From positions 27,609-91,608 of the forward strand of contig JAJEDR010000096.1 in assembly GCA_022821385.1 (NCBI GenBank): 64,000 bases of DNA. Reading direction: 5' to 3'. The number at the start of each line of letters is the position of its first letter. Positions within the stretch are counted from its first letter, which is position 1. Below the pieces are notes generated by a model. The model saw only the letters and a program-made list of their open reading frames with translations. It did no database searches and was not told the DNA's origin. This document shows, one piece after another, positions 60,595 through 64,000 of the stretch. This DNA comes from Rhodothermales bacterium (GTDB lineage: Bacteria > Bacteroidota > Rhodothermia > Rhodothermales > Bin80). Both the position numbers and the translations under genes were made by a program.

Positions 60595-61842
60595 TTATGT
60601 ATCCAGTTCGCGTAGCGCACTTTGCACGCTGCATTTAGAGGCATTGGATGACGATACGTCGAACGGCACGAGGACGAGTTTCAGGTTGTCAAAGAACCGG
60701 AATGTGCATGGTTGGGTGAAGATGCTGTTCTTGGGGTAGACTAGAGCCACGGTCTGGCACTCGTACCGTTTTCCGTAGGCATAGAGTTGATACAGATCGC
60801 TGCTATTGATATTATCAATCGACTCGTTTCCGTTTTCGCCGATGTGTTTCCATTTGGCGTCAAGGATGAACCGAACGGTACCGGACGATGTGCAGAGCGA
60901 AATGTCCGGTTTCATGTTGTGCCCGTGGTCCATAAAGCTTTTCCCGGGACCTTGGGCGACCACCTTAAACCTGTCCTGATAGCGGCGAAAGCAATGGGTT
61001 ACGAACTGCTCGTAAACTTGCTCCATGGGGAAGAGCAGAGACTGATTGATGTGTTTGCCGGAATAGGTTGCGGGCCCCCGATTGAAAAGGAAGAGTTCAA
61101 CCCATTGCATGACCTGTTTGTAATGCTGCATATAGCGATCAATGCTGTGGATTCGCCAGTCTGTATGCAGGTCTTGCGATGCGGGAATCATGCTGAAGGT
61201 TGGCGCAAGGTCCGCGAGCAACTGCCGGTTGCGTTCGTTGCGTACTATAGGCTTAAGTCTGTCGAGGGCGGCGCGGATGAGTCGATTGGCGGGTCGGTTG
61301 GGATTCAATTCGTCGTGCTCCACATAGAAGCGCGAACGGTCGACCAAGTTCTCACGCAAGTGATCTTGGAAGATTATGCGGCCGCGCAGGAAAGGCAGGT
61401 TTTCCTGGATTGCTCTGTACTGTCGGCCAAGGCCACCTCGAAGCAACAGGTTGAGGTTTACTAGGAAGAGTCTGATAAAGATTTCAAGTACAGGGAAGTG
61501 CCTTAGCGTCCGTATGGCGCTCGGTGGAAGAACCTTAGCGTTAGTCAAGCCTCCATAGGTCCGCAGCATTAACAGGAAGGCCTCACGAGTCTGTTCGTGG
61601 CTCGGAGTCTGGGTATCACCCAATTCAATCTTGGGCAAAATCTCAATGACTGTACCGCGTATTGTAGTAACCACGCCTACGTAGTTTTCCGCTCGGAGTT
61701 TACCACTCGTATTAAAACCAAAGACATTGGTCCTATGGTGTAAGGACTCCAGTTCACGTAGGTCGTGCTTATCGAGTTTCGGAAACTCCTTGTGCTCCAG
61801 AATAGTGTGGACACTAGGCATAGGTTCAAGCCAAATTTTCAA
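60595..61842 (-). CDS. mcrC: McrC-family restriction endonuclease subunit (PD-D/ExK nuclease)
   Basis: 415 aa. AENYVGVVTTIRGTVIEILPKI, ELNPNRPANRLIRAALDRL, MKPDISL....RFILDAKWK (the D...D/E-x-K core), YQLYAYG. There is a 4-nt overlap with the upstream mcrB-like gene. Confidence 0.85.
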   Translation of the reverse strand: MKIWLEPMPSVHTILEHKEFPKLDKHDLRELESLHHRTNVFGFNTSGKLRAENYVGVVTTIRGTVIEILPKIELGDTQTPSHEQTREAFLLMLRTYGGLTNAKVLPPSAIRTLRHFPVLEIFIRLFLVNLNLLLRGGLGRQYRAIQENLPFLRGRIIFQDHLRENLVDRSRFYVEHDELNPNRPANRLIRAALDRLKPIVRNERNRQLLADLAPTFSMIPASQDLHTDWRIHSIDRYMQHYKQVMQWVELFLFNRGPATYSGKHINQSLLFPMEQVYEQFVTHCFRRYQDRFKVVAQGPGKSFMDHGHNMKPDISLCTSSGTVRFILDAKWKHIGENGNESIDNINSSDLYQLYAYGKRYECQTVALVYPKNSIFTQPCTFRFFDNLKLVLVPFDVSSSNASKCSVQSALRELDT

Positions 61843-63419
61843 AGGGTGCCGGCCCCCTCGTCTATTGGCTCACCGCCACCAGCATTCACGGTTTTCTCGT
61901 AGATGCTTCGGTACTGGTTTATATCCTCCCATTTCTTCGAATACCAAGGAATCCTTTCGTAGACATCCGAATCAGTTAAATCATCCTCTTTCAGGTGGCC
62001 CACGAACTCCTTATTGGAGTTCTTCTTGATGAATTCTGCATCTCCAAGCACTTTCTGAACCTTTGACCAGTCGTCGTAGAAATACTCCAGCAATAGGGGA
62101 AGGATTCTCGTCTTGAATATATTTGCCAGCGATTCGACATTCTCTACATTGAAAAGGTAGGTGTGACCAATTTGGCGTTCGCGGTCAAGGAGCAGCGAAA
62201 TACGTGCGTTGATTGCCTTTAGCATCTTGCGAAGGTCGATCCCGTCAACGTTATCGGAGATGAGTTTATGGCCAGGGTCGGGCATCATCTCCACATGGTC
62301 AAACCTGCGCCGTAGCGCAATATCAAGGGGAAGTATGGAGCGATCGGCCGTATTCATCGTGCCGATGATGAAGAGATTCCCTGGAACTCCAAAGCTGTCA
62401 CCGGAATACGGTAGGGTTACCGTGGTTTCGTTGTTCTGACCGAGGCGGCGAGATGGTTCGATGAGCGTGATGAGATCGCCGAGGATCTTGGGGATGTTGC
62501 CTCGGTTGATCTCATCAATAATCAGGACGAAACGGCAGTGTGAATTGTCTAGCGCGGCCTTTACAATCTTTCTGAATGCTCCAGGACGGAGTTCGTATTC
62601 GAGCCCACCTTCCTTGGCGAGGCTAGGGCGGATGCCTTCCACGAAGTCTTCATAGGAATAGTTTTGATGGAAAGTAACCATCTCGATCTGGCCAGATCCT
62701 TTGTTCGAATCAAAGCGAAGATCATGAAATTCCTTGCGATGCTCCTCGGTTACTTCTTCTACCTTGATCCCCTTGACGATGGCCATGGCGCGGGCGGTCG
62801 TGCTATAGGTCTTTCCCGTGCCCGGGGGACCATAGAGAATTTGGTTTAGCTTGTGGTTGCTAGTAGATGGCAGTGGGTTTGATATCTCCATGAGTCGGAA
62901 AGCGAATAGGACCCACCATTTCCAGCGACTGAAATCGGTGAGCGTCTTTGCGGTAACACAACGTCTCTCGGGCAAAGTCCAACTACCGATTTTTATCCAC
63001 TTGATCTTGCGCACGTGCCGAGCTTCGGGACGGCTCTCATCAAACGTGTAGTCTGATTCAATGACACCGTATCCCAACAGTGAGTGGCCTCCCTGAATGG
63101 CAATGACAGGGTCTCCGGGTTGCATTTCGTGGGCAAACTGATAACAGGCAAGTGAGTCATTTTTTGGATTCGAGGCGCCTGTAATTTCTTTGAGTCGGTT
63201 TGATATGTCCTCTCTATCATCAATGGTTTGAAGATCGCCAAGGTCATCCCATCCGATCGCAATAATGTGCTTCTCTTGGAACTCGTTCCAGTGTTTCTCA
63301 CTTACATTGAACACCCACACCCGAGCCGATTCGAACTGCTCCTTATACCAGTGCTTAGCTTCGGCTACTATGGGAGGTGTAGTTACGCTTTCTGAAGCGG
63401 GTGGGGTATTCCGGATCAA
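61839..63419 (-). CDS. mcrB: McrB-family AAA+ GTPase with a non-canonical N-terminal (PUA/EVE-like?) domain
   Basis: Walker A ILYGPPGTGKTY (aa 195-205), Walker B FVLIIDEINRGN, McrB signature IGTMNTADRS, and RRRF. The track start is a TTG (63417-63419), so the start is uncertain. Confidence 0.85.
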   Translation of the reverse strand: MIRNTPPASESVTTPPIVAEAKHWYKEQFESARVWVFNVSEKHWNEFQEKHIIAIGWDDLGDLQTIDDREDISNRLKEITGASNPKNDSLACYQFAHEMQPGDPVIAIQGGHSLLGYGVIESDYTFDESRPEARHVRKIKWIKIGSWTLPERRCVTAKTLTDFSRWKWWVLFAFRLMEISNPLPSTSNHKLNQILYGPPGTGKTYSTTARAMAIVKGIKVEEVTEEHRKEFHDLRFDSNKGSGQIEMVTFHQNYSYEDFVEGIRPSLAKEGGLEYELRPGAFRKIVKAALDNSHCRFVLIIDEINRGNIPKILGDLITLIEPSRRLGQNNETTVTLPYSGDSFGVPGNLFIIGTMNTADRSILPLDIALRRRFDHVEMMPDPGHKLISDNVDGIDLRKMLKAINARISLLLDRERQIGHTYLFNVENVESLANIFKTRILPLLLEYFYDDWSKVQKVLGDAEFIKKNSNKEFVGHLKEDDLTDSDVYERIPWYSKKWEDINQYRSIYEKTVNAGGGEPIDEGAGTL

Positions 63420-63511
63420 GCCCTCATGCCATCGCTCGGTATCGCTGATTAGAAAGATATTTCGGGCTATACCTTCCTACGAAGGGGAAACACACCACAA
63501 AGCCCCGTACC

Positions 63512-64000
63512 ATGCCCGCAGCCATGAACTTGCAGCCGCTCCGTACCGGTGCAGCTACCGGCCTCACCAAACATCTCGACCGGAAAGGACGGATCGAAGA
63601 TCACATTGATCAGGAACGGTCCCACCTCAACCGGCAGCTTGACCTGGATCAGGAACAGATGAACCTTATCCTGAATCCGCCTACGCATCAGCCAGGCCAG
63701 GACGGAAAGTGGGGGCGGGAAATCCGTAAAGATGCGGTCTATGCCTGTGCCATGATCCAGACGCTCCAGAAGGAGCTTGATAAGGATGATCCGGAAGATG
63801 TACGGATCTGGGCGAAAAGTAGTTTGGAGTGGCTCCGGAACGAGTGTCCGGGTAAGCTGGCGAAAGCCGTGCTGCACATGGATGAATCCCGACCGCATAC
63901 TCAGGCATTCATTCGTCCGGTGGATGAGCCGGGACATCTGTCCTACAAAGAATATTTCTCGGGCTCGGACAAACTTCGAAAACTGCATCAGTTCCACGAG
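63512..64000 (+). CDS. MobV-family (Mob_Pre / plasmid recombination enzyme) relaxase; N-terminal 163 codons, runs off the right edge
   Basis: My own + strand translation: MPAAMNLQPLRTGAATGLTKHLDRKGRIEDHIDQERSHLNRQL...GREIRKDAVYACAMIQ...AKAVLHMDESRPHTQAFIRPVDEPGHLSYKEYFSG. It aligns with the pMV158 MobM N-terminus as I recall it (KAGNLGGAFKHNER...INPSRSHLNYEL...IRKDAVL...VHLDESTPHMH..VPF..GKLS.K). HxxR and HxDE..PH motifs are present. It is not in the ORF track because there is no stop in the window. Confidence 0.8.
   Translation, partial: MPAAMNLQPLRTGAATGLTKHLDRKGRIEDHIDQERSHLNRQLDLDQEQMNLILNPPTHQPGQDGKWGREIRKDAVYACAMIQTLQKELDKDDPEDVRIWAKSSLEWLRNECPGKLAKAVLHMDESRPHTQAFIRPVDEPGHLSYKEYFSGSDKLRKLHQFHE

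Noticed and set aside
63467-63997. Track ORF of 176 aa on the minus strand
   Set aside because: Its translation has no recognisable features. It lies exactly antisense to a + strand frame with clear MobV relaxase motifs, so I treat it as a shadow ORF.

Overview
This 64-kb window looks chromosomal, from a bacterium with type IX secretion (Bacteroidota / Rhodothermota / Balneolota-like, mid GC by eye). Evidence for that placement: several C-terminal T9SS sorting domains, DUF5686 outer-membrane proteins and S46 peptidases. Most of the window is ordinary core and envelope genes: gyrB, hflX, cca, class II RNR nrdJ, msrB, tRNA-Leu(UAG), an RluA-type pseudouridine synthase, a 2Fe-2S ferredoxin, and an alpha-glucan cluster (glgE-glgB, glgX, malQ). 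There is also a run of secreted beta-propeller / FG-GAP proteins, a patatin gene and two tandem DUF5686 genes. Accessory or unusual material falls in four places. (1) At 1.35-3.0 kb there is a short-ORF cassette ending in a DUF2335-like protein, next to a transposase-like relic. (2) At 41.5-46.0 kb there is a tandem duplication of a T9SS cargo gene, punctuated by decayed orphan sorting-domain relics. (3) At 47.1-50.4 kb a catalytically dead, shortened S46 paralogue sits directly upstream of an intact S46 peptidase. (4) At 57.2-64.0 kb there is an intact McrBC restriction module whose McrB has a non-canonical N-terminal domain. Beside it are a full-length but heavily decayed second mcrC copy and a MobV/Mob_Pre relaxase gene. 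The relaxase is on the + strand, runs off the right edge, and is missed by the ORF track. I saw no rRNA and no CRISPR array, and no system I could confidently call new. The right-hand defence/mobilisation region is the best lead. All family assignments come from reading motifs by eye, not from database searches.
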